Source: Octopus vulgaris | Lineage: Eukaryota | Reading direction: 5' to 3' | Assembly: GCA_951406725.2 (NCBI GenBank) | Contig: OX597822.1 | Span: 118,916,001-118,980,000, forward strand | Length of the DNA: 64,000 nucleotides | In this document: one piece after another, positions 13,270 through 27,201 of the stretch | Layout: the number at the start of each line of letters is the position of its first letter | Numbering within the stretch: position 1 is the first letter of the stretch | Position numbers and translations under genes: made by a program | The notes under the pieces: model-generated | Seen by the model: the letters and a program-made list of their open reading frames with translations, nothing else | What the model was told of the DNA's origin: nothing | Database searches by the model: none

Positions 13270-14035
13270 TTACTTTAAATAAAACAAATCGCGCTTCATC
13301 AATAAAAAATTTTTTTTTTCAATGTCGTTTGACGATTCACGAAGACGTTTATTAATCCAAAGATGAATGGCTTCTGTTCCGAATTCCTGTGATATATCTA
13401 TGTACAAGGGAATCACATCAAACCAAACAATGACGGTTTTTATTTGCTTAAACGGAGGGCGATTTAACTTATCCATTCGTTTCGTATGTAGTTCTGTGTA
13501 TACTTCAAATAGGATTTCAATAATATGCCTAAAGTAAGAGCAGCCGAGGCTGAGCGGTAAGAAGCTTGCTTCTCAAACATACAGTTCCAGGTTCAGTTCC
13601 ACTGCGAGGCACCTTGCGTAAGTGTCTTCTACAACAGCCTCGGGTCGATTAAAGCCGTGTGAGTGGATTTGTGGTAGACGAAAACTCAAAAGGCCCGTCG
13701 TATGGGTGAGTGAGTGTGCGTGCGCCCCACCGGTGTTGGTATTCTTACATCCCTGCAACTTAGTAGTTCGGCTAAAGAAACAAACAGAAAAAAAGTACCT
13801 GGTTTTTTAAAAAAAATATAAGTACCGGGGCCGATTCATTCGACTAAAAGTTCTTTAAGGCGGTGCCCCAGCATGGTCGGAGTCTAATGACTAAAACAGG
13901 TAAAAGATTAAAAAAAAAATTACTCAGTTGATTAGTTTCATAACACAGACTTGGTATTATTGGTATTAATTTAAAATCATTTATATATATAACATTTGTA
14001 GATTTTTGGTAATCCATAGAAATTACGTTTTGCAT
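13270..14035 (-). mobile_element. Penelope-like element RT fragments interrupted by a SINE A
   Basis: FDVIPLYIDISQEFGTEAIHLWINK resembles PLE FDV.SLYTNIP...GLEAI; FYGLPKI-like codons near 14000-14030. Confidence 0.6.
13545..13910 (+). mobile_element. SINE family A, diverged
   Basis: Same head and ggcggtgccccagcatgg tail as the 14134 copy. Confidence 0.8.
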
Positions 14036-14133
14036 TTAAAACTGGTTACATAGTCGCATTCTTTTTATCAATTATACCTTTTTGGTATAAATTAACCAGA
14101 AAGTTGAGCTTTTGTATTTTTTCTGTATATATA

Positions 14134-14317
14134 GGCGTAGGAGTGGCTGTGCGGTAAGTAGCTTGCTTATGAACCACATGATTCCGGGTTCATTTCCACT
14201 GCGTGGCATCTTGGGCAAGTGTCTTCTACTATAGCCTCGGGCTGACCAAAGCCTTGTGAGTGGATTTGGTAGACGGAAACTGAAAGAAGCCCATCGTATA
14301 TATGTATATATACGTAT

Positions 14318-14372
<55 letters not shown>

Positions 14373-14577
14373 TGTGTGTCTGTGTTTGTCCGCCCAACAT
14401 CGCTTGACAATCGATGCTGGTGTGTTTACGTCCCCGTAACTTAGCGGTCCGGCAAAAGAGACCGATAGAATAAGTACTAGGCTTACAAAGAATATGTCCT
14501 GTGGTCGACTTGCTCGACTAAAGGCGGTGCTCCAGCAAGGCCACAGTCAAATGACTGAAACAAGTAAAAGAATAAAG
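14134..14577 (+). mobile_element. SINE family A, full length
   Basis: ggcgtaggagtggctgtgcggtaag head, (TG)n middle, tgactgaaacaagtaaaag tail. Confidence 0.9.
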
Positions 14578-15363
14578 CGAGTGCATTTCCATCACAACTC
14601 TCGTACTCTTTCGCATGTTGGCTTCTTCCGTCAGCAGGTTTCAATCGCTTTTCAATGCACCAGCGTTTTCCCATTCTCTTGTACTGAAATAATAACGTAT
14701 TTCATGTTTTGGTACAAATTCGTATGGAATTACAGAAATTAAATCGAGTTCTATATTTCTACCTTTTGGCGGATGATATTTACTTTCGCTTCTAACTATA
14801 AATTCCTCGTCGTTGTCTTTATCGAACCGAGTCCTATTTCATTCTTTTTGTTGGTGGAGCCATGGGGATAAAATATTTTCAGCTGTAATATTTAGAAACT
14901 GAATACGATGGAAAGTGAGTAGCTCCATCTGTAGCGGACGAACAGGTTCGCAGTTGCCTGCGTGGGGTTTATGGCGCCACATGCTGTTTGTTTACATCGT
15001 TGATGCAATTGATGGAGAGTTGAATATACACGGTTTACTCAGACACTTTGCAGATGTACCAGCGTATTTCATTCTATAACGTACGGTATGTATATTACAG
15101 GCGCCTATTAGAATATTTCTAGTTCTATCATCAATGAGTACAAGTTTACTTAGGTATTTTGTAATTTCGACCGAATTGCTAAGAAGTTCTCGCAGGTTCT
15201 CAGGTTTTATCTTACAGCCTGGTATCTTGGTCAAATATTTGGTCAAGTCTCATTGACTGAGTATCGACGCCGCAAGCCTTGTGAATACAAACGTGTGAAC
15301 GAAAACTGTGCAGAAAGATCGTCTGATGGATGATAACACACTGTTATGCCGATTCCTCCAGAG

Positions 15364-15582
15364 CAGTGCTTTTCAACCTTTTTGCTGGAGCGGAACCCCA
15401 AGGAAACATTCCACTGGCCCGAGGAACCCCTGTGCAATAATTTAATAGTCTTATGCACACATATCTGCACAGGAGAATTATAAATTACTGCCGATTTTAG
15501 CAGTTTTGTAACTTCTTGAGGAACCCCTGGACTGTACTGGCGGAACCCTGAGGTTCCGCGGAACCCTGGTTGAAAACCACTG
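15364..15582. mobile_element. hAT (Charlie-like) MITE
   Basis: TIRs cagtgcttttcaacc / ggttgaaaaccactg; perfect 8-bp TSD ctccagag (15356-15363 and 15583-15590). Confidence 0.92.
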
Positions 15583-15758
15583 CTCCAGAGAATTGCATTA
15601 AAAATACGCGTGTCTTTGGAACGTTCAGAAACTTCAACACAAATTCAATGAGACGGTAATTCACGTTGATCGCACATCTAAATACCCGTTGTCGTAACCG
15701 CTGGTTTATCACTGACAGACAATACGTGTATCAAGTGATCAGTTAGAACCACCATACG

Positions 15759-15985
15759 ACGGCAGAATCGTTAGCACGCGAGGCAAAATGCTTAGCGCTA
15801 TTTCGTCTGCCGTTACGTTCTGAGTTCAAATTCCGCCGAGGTCGACTTTGCCTTTCATTATTTCGGGGTCGATTAAATAAGTACCAGTTACACACTGGAG
15901 TCGATGTAATCAACTTAATCCCTTTGTATGTCCTTGTTTGTCTCTATGTTTAGCTCCCTGTGGGCAATAAAGAAATAAAAAATAA
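15759..15985 (+). mobile_element. SINE family B
   Basis: B box gagttcaaattcc; same core and 3' tail as the other B copies. Confidence 0.85.
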
Positions 15986-15989
15986 GAAC

Positions 15990-16480
15990 ATCTGTTGCCA
16001 AGCTTATGTCGCTAAGACGATCTACAATGCTATACACAGGAAGTATTGTTCATAATGGCCACATCAAAGGTATACCAGGACCAGAAAGTATCCATACATT
16101 TAGAAATAACAAATACTGGTGGAACATTCCAATGGAAAACAGCAATACGATGTAAGCACAACATGATAGGTATAGCCGTATGAAACTGGGAACAAACATT
16201 CCGCACTGTTGTGGAGATCAGTTGCTCATCAGATGTGAATGTATCTTTAAAAATTGGAGAAAAAGAGAACGTCTATGGACATTAAATGAGTTCTTTTATC
16301 CAGGTTATAGGTTTTCATTATTATCATGGGTGTACAAGTCCGTGTAACAATAGATTCCCATAAAGACTAGAAACGCTGAGATTCTTCAAGAAAGAACTGA
16401 ACAAATTGATTTGCATTCTCCAAAACGGTTTGGCTCGTGGTACAGTTAGGATTTCTAAAACATTCCAGGGATTCTCCGTT
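15990..16480 (+). mobile_element. R4/Dong-type non-LTR retrotransposon 3' fragment (restriction-like endonuclease region)
   Basis: VAKTIYNAI, KYWWNIP, KHN, VVEISC..DVNV..KI.EKENVYG; homologous to 31800-32250 (minus). Confidence 0.65.
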
Positions 16481-16783
16481 TCAGGATTATTGAGCTGAAC
16501 AGATACATACAATCACATGTATATCTGCAATACAATCGCAGACAGACACAGGCACACAAATTTATGTACTAAAGTAGCATGCATACTCATCACATGAGAA
16601 CAAGTTTATCCCATGTACCCACAGAAGCACACACACACATACATACACACACACATGTGTACACACAGAACATTTCAGATATCCACGAACCTCAAAAGGT
16701 GTCTTGAATTAATCCAAAGAGCTTCTTTGTCGCTTTGTTAGTGACCAGTTTGAAACTGCAACAGAAAAAAACAACTAATACAA

Positions 16784-17348
<565 letters not shown>

Positions 17349-18077
17349 CCCCATCATTGTTTCTCCTTCAGTTTCCTTTCATTCTACGTCTTACCACCTC
17401 CCCCCCTTCCTCCTAAATTTTCTCTTTACTTTATATTTGAACTTTTCCTTTTTCTGTTTTACGTTATTTAAAAAAAAAAATGTTTCGACAGTGCACGTGT
17501 CAACTGTCATCACATTTCTTCAGGTAGGGGAAATTATAGCAATGACACCTGTCAAAGTCTACCCAGGTGAAGCGGATATTCCAGCTAAACGACGACCATT
17601 GCGCCACTTACGACTAATATTTTATTCGTCCTACAACCAATGCTACTGATATATCCTATCCCAGGTGTTGAATGCCACCGTAGAAGAGAATGAACGACCG
17701 ATAAGTCGATACGTTGATGAGAGTTTCGATTCGCGATTCATCGAAAAGAACTATGATCAAGACGTGCCACCCTCCACCATACCTGCCTTTTCAAATTATT
17801 TCATTGTAATCTAGGAATCGTTATTGGAATATTATATTCACCTCAGTAAAAAGTTGAAAGTATCGCTGACCTAAGACTTTTCTATTTTAAAATAGTAGAA
17901 TATTATTTTGGGGGAAATTTGGTAAGAATCGCTAAAAGTCATTGGTTTGCCATATTACTTTTGGTTACCTTTGATAAAACTATGAAAGCCATGAATTTCC
18001 ATTTTCCCTCCATTACAATTTCAACACAAAAACCAATGACTTGAAAGTCGAATTTTTGTATAAACTTTATTCCTATT

Positions 18078-18458
18078 GGAAGCACTCCGTCGGTTACGAT
18101 GACGAGGGTTCCGGTTGATCCGAATCAACGGAACAGCCTGCTCGTGAAATTAACGTGTAAGTGGCTGAGCACTCCACAGACACGTGTACCCTTAACGTAG
18201 TTCTCGGGGATATTCAGCGTGACACAGAGAGTGACAAGGCCGGCCCCTTGAAATACAGGTACAACAGAAACAGGAAGTAAGAATGAGAGAAAGTTGTGAT
18301 GAAAGAGTACAGCAGGGATCACCACCATCCCTGCCGGAGCCTCGTGGAGCTTTAGGTGTTTTCGCTCAATAAACACTCACAACGCCCGGTCTGGGAATCG
18401 AAACCGCGATCCTATGACCGCGAGTCCGCTGCCCTAACCACTGGGCCATTGCGCCTCC
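18078..18458 (-). mobile_element. tRNA-derived SINE family C, full length
   Basis: A box tggcccagtgg and B box ggtttcgattcc; 14-bp TSD actttattcctatt (18064-18077 and 18459-18472); near-identical copy at 51422-51806. Confidence 0.93.
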
Positions 18459-18599
18459 ACTTTATTCCTATTACTTTAATCCTGAAGAAGGAGTTTTGGC
18501 CGTGACTTTCGTAGCCCCACCACCTTGTGAGAAAGGAGGTGCAAAAAATTTAAAAAAGAAAAAAAGAACATGCGTAATGGGGCGATTTCAGGGAACTGA

Positions 18600-19950
18600 T
18601 GTTCTTTGGAGGGAGAATTGGACATAGTGGTTCATGCGCGGCGCATGGGGGAGGAATCAACACAACATGGATAATGAGAGAAGGTGAGATGAACGAGTCA
18701 GGAGTGGAACAAAGCCAACAGGTCTCGAAGAGCAGAGGCCACTATGGTTATTGTGGAAAAGACAGAACATACAGTAAAGGTTTTGGGTTAAAGGCTGGAG
18801 TGTTTGATGAATGACTTCATATCAATGTTCCTGTCGGACGTCTGTGTGTGTAGAAGTATCGCTGTCCCAGATATGGCAGCAATAGTGCTCCAGATGTTGC
18901 AGTAGTTCTGTTGCAGAAGTGGGAACTGTACTTTATTATTATTTGTAGAGTTTAACAGTTGCTGAGTTATCATTTTCTGGTTCTGAAGAGAAAGGCCACT
19001 CTTCGTGATGCAGTCTTTGTTGTGATGAGAAAAAGTACATTCGCCACAAAATTTCTAGTTGCTTGTTTTTGTCGTGAATTGCTTATGCAGGTGGGGTTAT
19101 ACGATGTAATTTTAGTGTTCTTGATATACGTTGGAGACGAGATTGGCACGACCTGATTTGAAGATGCTTTCGAGATATCTCTTCATGGAATCATTGCTAT
19201 TTTGGCAATTTCTAAATTGCATGAGAAAGATAAGAAGGAAAGGACGTGGGGGTGATGGGGATAGTATCATCTTTATAACAATGAGCGTTGCTAAAGGTGA
19301 CGGTAAGTAGGTTGTTAATGCATAGAAGAAAGACTGTGAAAGTCAAGATCGAACCTAACGTTACACCTGAGTTGGTAGGGTGAATATCAGAGGGAGTACC
19401 ACCGGTATGAAACAACCTATCATGTCAGAGTTGATTGGGTTTATCTTAGAGAGAACGTCATCGGCACACTTCATGATGGTGCGATCTGACAGAAAGCCGC
19501 CAATCGAATAAACACAAGACAGATGGAGGGTCATAAGTGGACTCAAAAGAAAGCATAGTTATTTGACTATTCTCGTAGTATGTAGTATCAAGTGAGCCAT
19601 AGTTTAGCAGACATGTGATCACGAGCATTCCAACCATGACCATACTGCCTATAGAACTGTTAGAAATAAATATTTCAATTTGTAATTTCATTTTTAATCA
19701 GATAATAGGGTAACATCTGAAGGTGTTTTAAGCAGCAATTTTTATCAGGAAGGACAGTTTTGCCGAGACTCTATTGCATTTTTATAGCTTGGTCAGAAGG
19801 AAAGAATCATGGTCCCCATGGGTCCTCTGGGATTGGTGAGATCGATACAGGTAATGTTCTTCTTGAACAGATAATGGCTTTAGGGAAAAAAACCCCAGAT
19901 ATGGCAGGAATTCCAGAATCTGACGTTTTGAAGAAGAAAGACTGCGTAAA
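18600..19950 (-). mobile_element. Old CR1/Jockey-group LINE RT remnant
   Basis: SGVTLGSILTFTVFLLCINNLL..HCYKDDT resembles SGVPQGSIL.P.LFL..INDL..YADDT; boundaries approximate. Confidence 0.55.
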
Positions 19951-20208
19951 ATAGCTACGCTTTAGTAGGTGGATGGTTCATGCTTTATCGATCCCTAGAG
20001 GACCAATAGCAAAATCAGCTCTGGAGAATTTTAAATCAGGGTATAAAAGGACATGTCTAAATCCCACAAGGTACCTTGTCCGGCATTCCACTGTTTGTGC
20101 TGTCAACTACCATATTCTATATCATAATGGCGTCGAATATGTTGAAGAGTGAAAGGTGAATCGATGCTGGCGGCATTTAAACTGAGAAATCAAAGAGAGA
20201 TAATTAAA

Positions 20209-20580
20209 TATTGATTTCAAATTTTGGCACAAGGCCAGTGATTTCAGAAGAGGGTGTAAGTTGATTATATCGACACCAATGTTCAACTGGTACACATTTT
20301 ATCGACTCCAAAAGGATGAAAGGTAAATTCGATCTCGGCAGAATTTGAACTCAGAACATAATAATAATGGTTTCAAATTTTGGCACAATGCCAGCAGGTT
20401 CGTGGGAGAGGATAAGTCAATTAAATCGACCCCAGTGATCAACTGGTACTTATTTTATCGATACCAAAAGGATGAAATGCAAAGTCGGCTTCGAGGAATT
20501 TAAACTCAGAACGTAAAGACGGACGAAATGCCGCTAAGCATTTTGTCCGGAGTACTAACGATTCTGCCAGCTCGCCGCCT
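20209..20580 (-). mobile_element. Two tandem SINE family B copies
   Basis: tttcaaattttggcacaa..aaaggatgaaa..gaatt(t)gaactcagaac occurs twice; head ctgccagctcgccgcc at 20565-20580. Confidence 0.85.
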
Positions 20581-21145
20581 TGAATTATTTACAAACCGTT
20601 GTATCTGCCGCTCCAATGATATGCCGCATTAGAGAAGTGAATGGTGTTCATTATTTGATATTCCAGATCAGTTTTATTGGGTTCATAGGATAATCGGTAG
20701 AGGAGAGATAACATTATAGCTACACGACTTTTCTCAAATAAATAAAACAGCTGCCGCAAGTAATCGAACCTGGAACGCAGACCCGTTCACGAAAAGCTCA
20801 CAATCTTTGGGTTCAACGTTCTTCCTCCTCACCGCACGCACAAACACACTCACACACGCGCGTGCGCAATATTATTTACTCTTGAAAAATATTTAATTAA
20901 ATTTACCCATTTTGTAGCAGAGATGCAGAGAATACTATAATAACCTGTATAAAATTCGTATAATCCATTATATAGTGATTTAACGCACGCATTAGATATA
21001 CATTCAATACAAAGATACATAAATTGTTGATATAAATATTTCTTCTTGGGTCGTGAGATCTCAAGTTTCGTGTAACCGTACACTCGTCAGCGAGGCAGAA
21101 AGAATGCAGTAAGTTGGCAACTCTGTATTATTCGGTTGGGAATAT

Positions 21146-21620
21146 CTAAGTTACAAATCGCGGGGAAGGCGTAGCAGTTTGGTTTAAAATAGCAAGATTT
21201 GTGGAACTCCTTGTTTGCGCGATCCAACACGTTATCAAAAAGAAAGTGGATCGTGAGAAAACCGTTGAGATCGTAGAGTCCAGCATGGAAATGAAAATAT
21301 AAATAATCGATGTTATGCTGAAGACAATGGACTGAGAAGGATAAAAGATACCTGGAAATCCTGTTAGAAAAACAGAGGCGGGTAACTTATAGAAACGCGA
21401 GAAATTCACCAGCTTAAGGTGGGGGATCGAGTGATTAATGAGATAAGGGTGGCTGATCAATGTAAATTGACAGCACGGGGGTCAGTGCACAAAGGAAAGC
21501 TTTTTGGTGTATGGTGGCGAATTGAAGCAAATAAGTTATAAATTTTATTGCCGAGAGTGGTCTGCTTCCATACCAAAAACAGACGGAGTGACCAGAATGA
21601 CACCGATAAATGTTATCAGT
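21146..21620 (-). mobile_element. Degenerate Penelope-like RT fragment (tentative)
   Basis: VFGMEADHSRQ region resembles PLE VVVW..D.Y...RQL; similar composition to 36300-37480. Confidence 0.35.
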
Positions 21621-22411
21621 GTGGAAAGTATGTATCGTTAGAATAGTATTCTGGCTTTATCCCAGTTATTCTGGTGCCGAAGGATCTGGAAGAAGCGCTC
21701 AGGTTTCCAATGTGTATTACAATAAAAGATGGAAGACCTCAATCCTTATGGCATGATTTGTCTTGGCAAAAAAGTCCTGATCAGTGAATTAACAGTACTA
21801 CTATGATATGGGCGCATAAAATGAAGGACGTAGAATACGATAGACTTAAGGAATCACGTGGTGGGGGTACAAGTATGGCAGTTCTACTTGAAGAGGTGAT
21901 TTGTAATTAAACTCTCCCCCCTCTCCCCCCTCTCTATCTCCTATTCCCACACTTTATCAATTCTGGTGTGTCCCAAGTTTCGGTATGCCTTACACATTCT
22001 TCTGTGTACATCAACGTCACATCAAACAATGTCTGCTGCTACAGAGTTGACTCACCCTTTATTCTTCCCTAACCGTCCACATACAAGCAGCATCTACATG
22101 CAGTCTAGACATCTCATACCAAACCTGCATTGTGTCCCTAAACAGGGACCTCGAAAATAATTTTTCTAACTGGGTCATATCAAAATCTATATTTCAACTA
22201 TACAAAGACACAACCAGTGACCATGTCAAGGAAACGCTCTTGAATCCAGCGACCTTTTACCATAAACGTTGCTCAATTCAAACTTTCAGTGTTTCTACAG
22301 ATTTTGTATCTCTCGCGGACATCTTGCAACCACAACATAGAAAATAGTGCCTGTGAAACGTGGCCGTTTATTTTGGAGACAGAAAATGCTTCAGCTGTCA
22401 ACAGTTGCTTA

Positions 22412-22813
22412 TCTTTATATATAAAAGAGAGGTTGTGTGCTGTCTGTCTCCTACGATTTAGATTCCTAACTACTCCCACATTTTGCGGTGCAGTTTAACC
22501 AAAACCGGGTATCTTATAGTCGTGATTCATATCGAGCCCTTCTGGGTATTAGCGCGCGTCTACGATGAGTCTACGATGAGTCTACGATTTAAAAACAAAT
22601 TTACCATCAATTTTTCCCATTTTTAATGCATTTTTGGCATATATAAGGGAAGTAACTCTCTAAAAATTTATTAAATCTCAGAACGTAAAAAGCTACAGTA
22701 ACACCCCCCTTGTGGTTAGCCATATTGAGATGGCTATTATACTTTACATCTCTAAAAATGCCTATATAGTTATTTCCCTTACAAACCCGAGCAACGCCGG
22801 GCGCTACTGCTAG
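22412..22813 (+). mobile_element. Non-autonomous Helitron
   Basis: A|TC start, subterminal hairpin cccgagcaacgccggg, CTAG|T end, no TSD; second copy at 28578-28972. Confidence 0.9.
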
Positions 22814-22839
22814 TTCTCTATAATATAATACCCACAATG

Positions 22840-23330
22840 AAATACTTCTTCTACATCTGGGACGCTACACATGCGGCAAAGAAGCCTATGCATCATCCGA
22901 CTAATTGCCATTAAAGTGATCACCAACACACTCCAGTCTCCGTCTCACGGGCGCGCCGCTGTCTCCGCGCCGCTGTCTCCGCGCCGCTGTCTCCGCGCCG
23001 CTGTCTCCGCGCCGCTGTCTCCGCGCCGCTGTCTCCGCGCCGCTGTCTCCGCGCCGCTGTCTCCGCGCCGCTGTCTCCGCGCCGCTGTCTCCGCGCCGCT
23101 GTCTCCGCGCCGCTGTCTCCGCGCCGCTGTCTCCGCGCCGCTGTCTCCGCGCCGCTGTCTCCGCGCCGCTGTCTCCGCGCTCCACTCTTCCTCTTGCTAC
23201 TTATACTGGTCTCTGTTCTTCAATGATGGTTTCTCGCACTCATCAGATTAGATTCGCATTCACCAGCATTTCCATTCCTTCCTCTCTAAATGACATCCCT
23301 CCGGAATTCCTTTCCAGCCCGTGATTTTTT
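22840..23330 (+). mobile_element. Old CR1/Jockey-type LINE 3' remnant containing a minisatellite
   Basis: IIRLI..KVITNTLQSPSH-RRAVS-AL resembles the LINE C-terminal LQPLSHRR.VA.LSLFY. Confidence 0.45.
22953..23176 (+). repeat. Perfect 14-bp minisatellite (gcgccgctgtctcc) x16
   Basis: 224 bp = 16 identical units. Confidence 0.97.
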
Positions 23331-23446
23331 TCCCCCCTCAGCCGAACGTATAGTTGTTCAGGAATATTAATCGCGTATATCCGATCAATATCAGGGGGCT
23401 TGTGAAAACTATTCATTCTGTCCCTTTATGAAGAAAGAAAAAAAGT

Positions 23447-23494
23447 TACCACCACTACCACCAATACCTCTCCTATAAACCCCACCTCACTACA

Positions 23495-23544
<50 letters not shown>

Positions 23545-23545
23545 A

Positions 23546-23598
<53 letters not shown>

Positions 23599-23599
23599 A

Positions 23600-23655
<56 letters not shown>

Positions 23656-23790
23656 CGCGATTGCTGCCACCACAATCACCATCACCACAACATCGCTACC
23701 GCTACCACCACCGCCACCACCACCACCACCACAACTACCACCACCACCACACCACCACCACACCAACACCACCACCACCACCACCACCAC
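23447..23790. repeat. (CTA)n/(CCA)n trinucleotide array
   Basis: Direct reading. Confidence 0.95.
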
Positions 23791-23995
23791 AATATTACTT
23801 CCATCATTTTACTCTTAGACAAAATCCAAGATTGTTCATATATGACAAAAGTTTCTGAAATACTGACAAAGACAACCACAACAACAGCAACAACAACAAC
23901 AACAACCTTTTATTCTAGTAATTATGCATAATATTCATGAAAGAAAACCATGAATAAACCTCTTTTTTTTCGTTTTTGGTGTTATGTTATTATTT

Positions 23996-24035
<40 letters not shown>

Positions 24036-24373
24036 TATGTATATATTACTTACAATATATAAATTATAAACAGATCTGTTGAGAATTGGAAAAATAATTT
24101 TCTGAAATTTATATCTCTTCTCAACATTACAAAGTGTATAAACGAATCTGTTACCGCATATCTGGCTGGAGTGCACCGTTGTTCTAATTCGTTTGAAGTG
24201 TTCTTCTTTACGGTAACACATACCCCAGCGGAACGTATACGTCTCCACATAAAGAAAGCCTTCTTGGAAAATAAAGTGGCATGCTTTTCTCACACATCAA
24301 ACAATATTCTTCACCAAATTAACATTTTTTTCTACCTCAATTGCATCCAATACGTTGTGAGCCGAATACGAAA

Positions 24374-24608
<235 letters not shown>

Positions 24609-24878
24609 GTAAAAGGAAAGAGAAACTGCATTGCTTACAAGAGAAGAGGTTATCAGAGAAAACATCAATTTATTCTTTTGCATCGAAACTATCCAGTTTA
24701 TTTTTAAGAGGTGAGGGGCTGGGTAGGAGCGAGCCGGTTGTAAGAAGAGAACCCATCAAGGATAAAAGCAGAGATTATTTCACCAGATAAATAGTCTACC
24801 TTCATTTATTAGTATTATTATTACTACGGTTGTTGCCGTTCTTCTTCTTCTTATTATTATTATTGCTATTATTATTGC

Positions 24879-24948
<70 letters not shown>

Positions 24949-25225
24949 GTTGTTGTTGTTGTTGTTGTTGTCTTTATTAATATGTTTATTATTTTTATTA
25001 TTTTTATTATTACTTTATTTCCATGAGATAAAACAACTTTCTCTTGATAGTTGCTCAGTCAATTAAGCTAAACCACTAAGATAACTGAAATTCCTTTGCG
25101 AATCTTCAGCACAAATATTGACCCTGAACCACAAACATACAAAATACCAAATTTGTCAGTGTATATACATACGTACGTATATACATACATACATACCTAC
25201 ATACATACCTACATACATACATACC

Positions 25226-25261
<36 letters not shown>

Positions 25262-25653
25262 TACACACACACACATATATATGTATGTATGTATGTATAC
25301 ACACAGACACACGCACATACACAAACACAAGCACACATATACACACATATATGTCAGCGCGCGCGTGGGCGTTTGTATGCGTTTTAATAAGTCACGAAAG
25401 CCATCGTTTTAGTGAAGGGAGTGGCATTGTCGATTTAGTCGAGAGCAGAAACAGAGGGATACATTTTTTTTTTATTGTACCTGGAGAAATGAAAGACGAA
25501 GTAAGACAGAGAAACGTAGAGTTAATCCCAACGGGATTCGAAACCAGAATGTAAAGCGACGTAACCGAATACTGAGAGATAGTCAAACATTCTGCGGATT
25601 CTAACAACATATATATACATATACATACATATACACACACACAGACAGACACA

Positions 25654-25698
<45 letters not shown>

Positions 25699-26707
25699 GA
25701 GAGTATACAGATATATATGCATATGCATAAGCATATTACACATACATACTTATCATATATGTTATAGCTGTATGTATGTACGTATGTATGTATGAGCATA
25801 TATGTGTGTGTGTGTATATATATGTATATATATACATGTGTGTGTGTGTGTGTGTGTGTATGTATATGGGTGGGGCAAAATTGGTAACCGGGCTAATATG
25901 AGTAATTTCTGATTACCTGCTATTTTCTCCCTACCTGTTTGAAATCGTTTCATTGTATCATCATTTTGTACTGTTGCATCATAATTTAGGAGTAAAAATT
26001 GGTCAGCATAGTTCTTGTTATCGAAGTTGAGAGAGAGTTCGAAACATAGGTGACAGGTACTTTTTTTTTCAGGGAATTTTTTCCTCAAATTTAACTCGAT
26101 TGTAATTAATGTTGCTAATAATATATCTGGATAATGTTTGGTGTTTAGCAATTAATATTCTTATCTCCGTTGAATTCCAAGTCAGTTTTTCCCACACTAA
26201 TATCTAATTTCATAAATTTCAAGTTTCAAAAAATGATGTCTAAGATTAATATTTCCCCAGCCGTGAGTTACAAGGACGCCAAATGCTTTTCTGCCTAATT
26301 AGGCTTTGTCAATGACATGTACTTGCTAGCCACATGCCTACGCGAAATTCCCCACCTTGATATATAGGAAGAAGTGAACAAAACACTTTAATTTCAATTT
26401 AATGCTGTTTCAATTGCGTACAACGACTTTTTATTCAATTCGGCGGTTTTTTTGCAATATCAGTGAATGTATTATTCCCTCTTGCACGTATATCAGTTGT
26501 GGCGACAGATTTTGGCTTGTTACGTGACTAGCAAGTAAAAGTCCCTGATAAAGCCCGCGCGCTCATGGGTTACTACTGTGATGATGTTCGACTCGCTTTG
26601 ATATATATTGTAATTTTCACACAGTATATCTATGGAGAGATTTTCTCTCAGACAAAACCCACAACGGTGTATATACATAAAGGATGATATATACATATAC
26701 ATATACA

Positions 26708-26752
<45 letters not shown>

Positions 26753-26849
26753 TCAATTCCAATAAACGAATAACAGAATTAACAACAACAGAAAGCAAGA
26801 GGACGTGCACAAAGAATGTATTAGTTTAACGCTCACTAAAAGGAGAGAG

Positions 26850-26885
26850 GTTTTGACATTCCGAGCAAAGCTCTTCATCCGAAAG
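26850..26885 (-). ncRNA. Degenerate minimal hammerhead ribozyme of Penelope pseudo-LTR type
   Basis: Minus strand ttt-CGGATGA-a-GAGC-ttt-GCTC-GGAA-tg-TC-aaa, i.e. two core substitutions from CTGATGA/GAAA. Confidence 0.45.
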
Positions 26886-27113
26886 GAGAAAGGGAAAAGT
26901 TCAAAGAAGGAAAAGAAATCGCCAACAACACGTGTATATATACATATATATATATATATAGAAATCAAATATAAAATATAAAATATAAATTACAAAGTGG
27001 GACAAGAACGCAAAAACACAAAAGAGACAACACAAAAAAACAGACGGGTCAATCGAAGCCTCTAATCTTCAGTCGGAACCGGATCATCTTAGCAATTTCG
27101 GCTGTTTAATCTC

Positions 27114-27197
<84 letters not shown>

Positions 27198-27201
<4 letters not shown>

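Noticed and set aside
17520-17815. Balanced-composition unique stretch with a ~50-codon open frame (VLNATVEENERP...)
   Set aside because: No convincing splice pair and no recognisable homology.
18380-18458. tRNA genes at SINE heads (also 45876, 48401, 49090, 51730 and 60394)
   Set aside because: A and B boxes are present, but the sequences continue into SINE bodies, with TSDs in some copies; no clean cloverleaf was found.
22953-23176. CRISPR-like array (also considered for 29770-30032)
   Set aside because: No unique spacers, no cas genes, and a eukaryotic context.
24150-24300. Possible Tc1 transposase C-terminal relic (FFMW..TSNELEQR)
   Set aside because: Too short and diverged to support a call.
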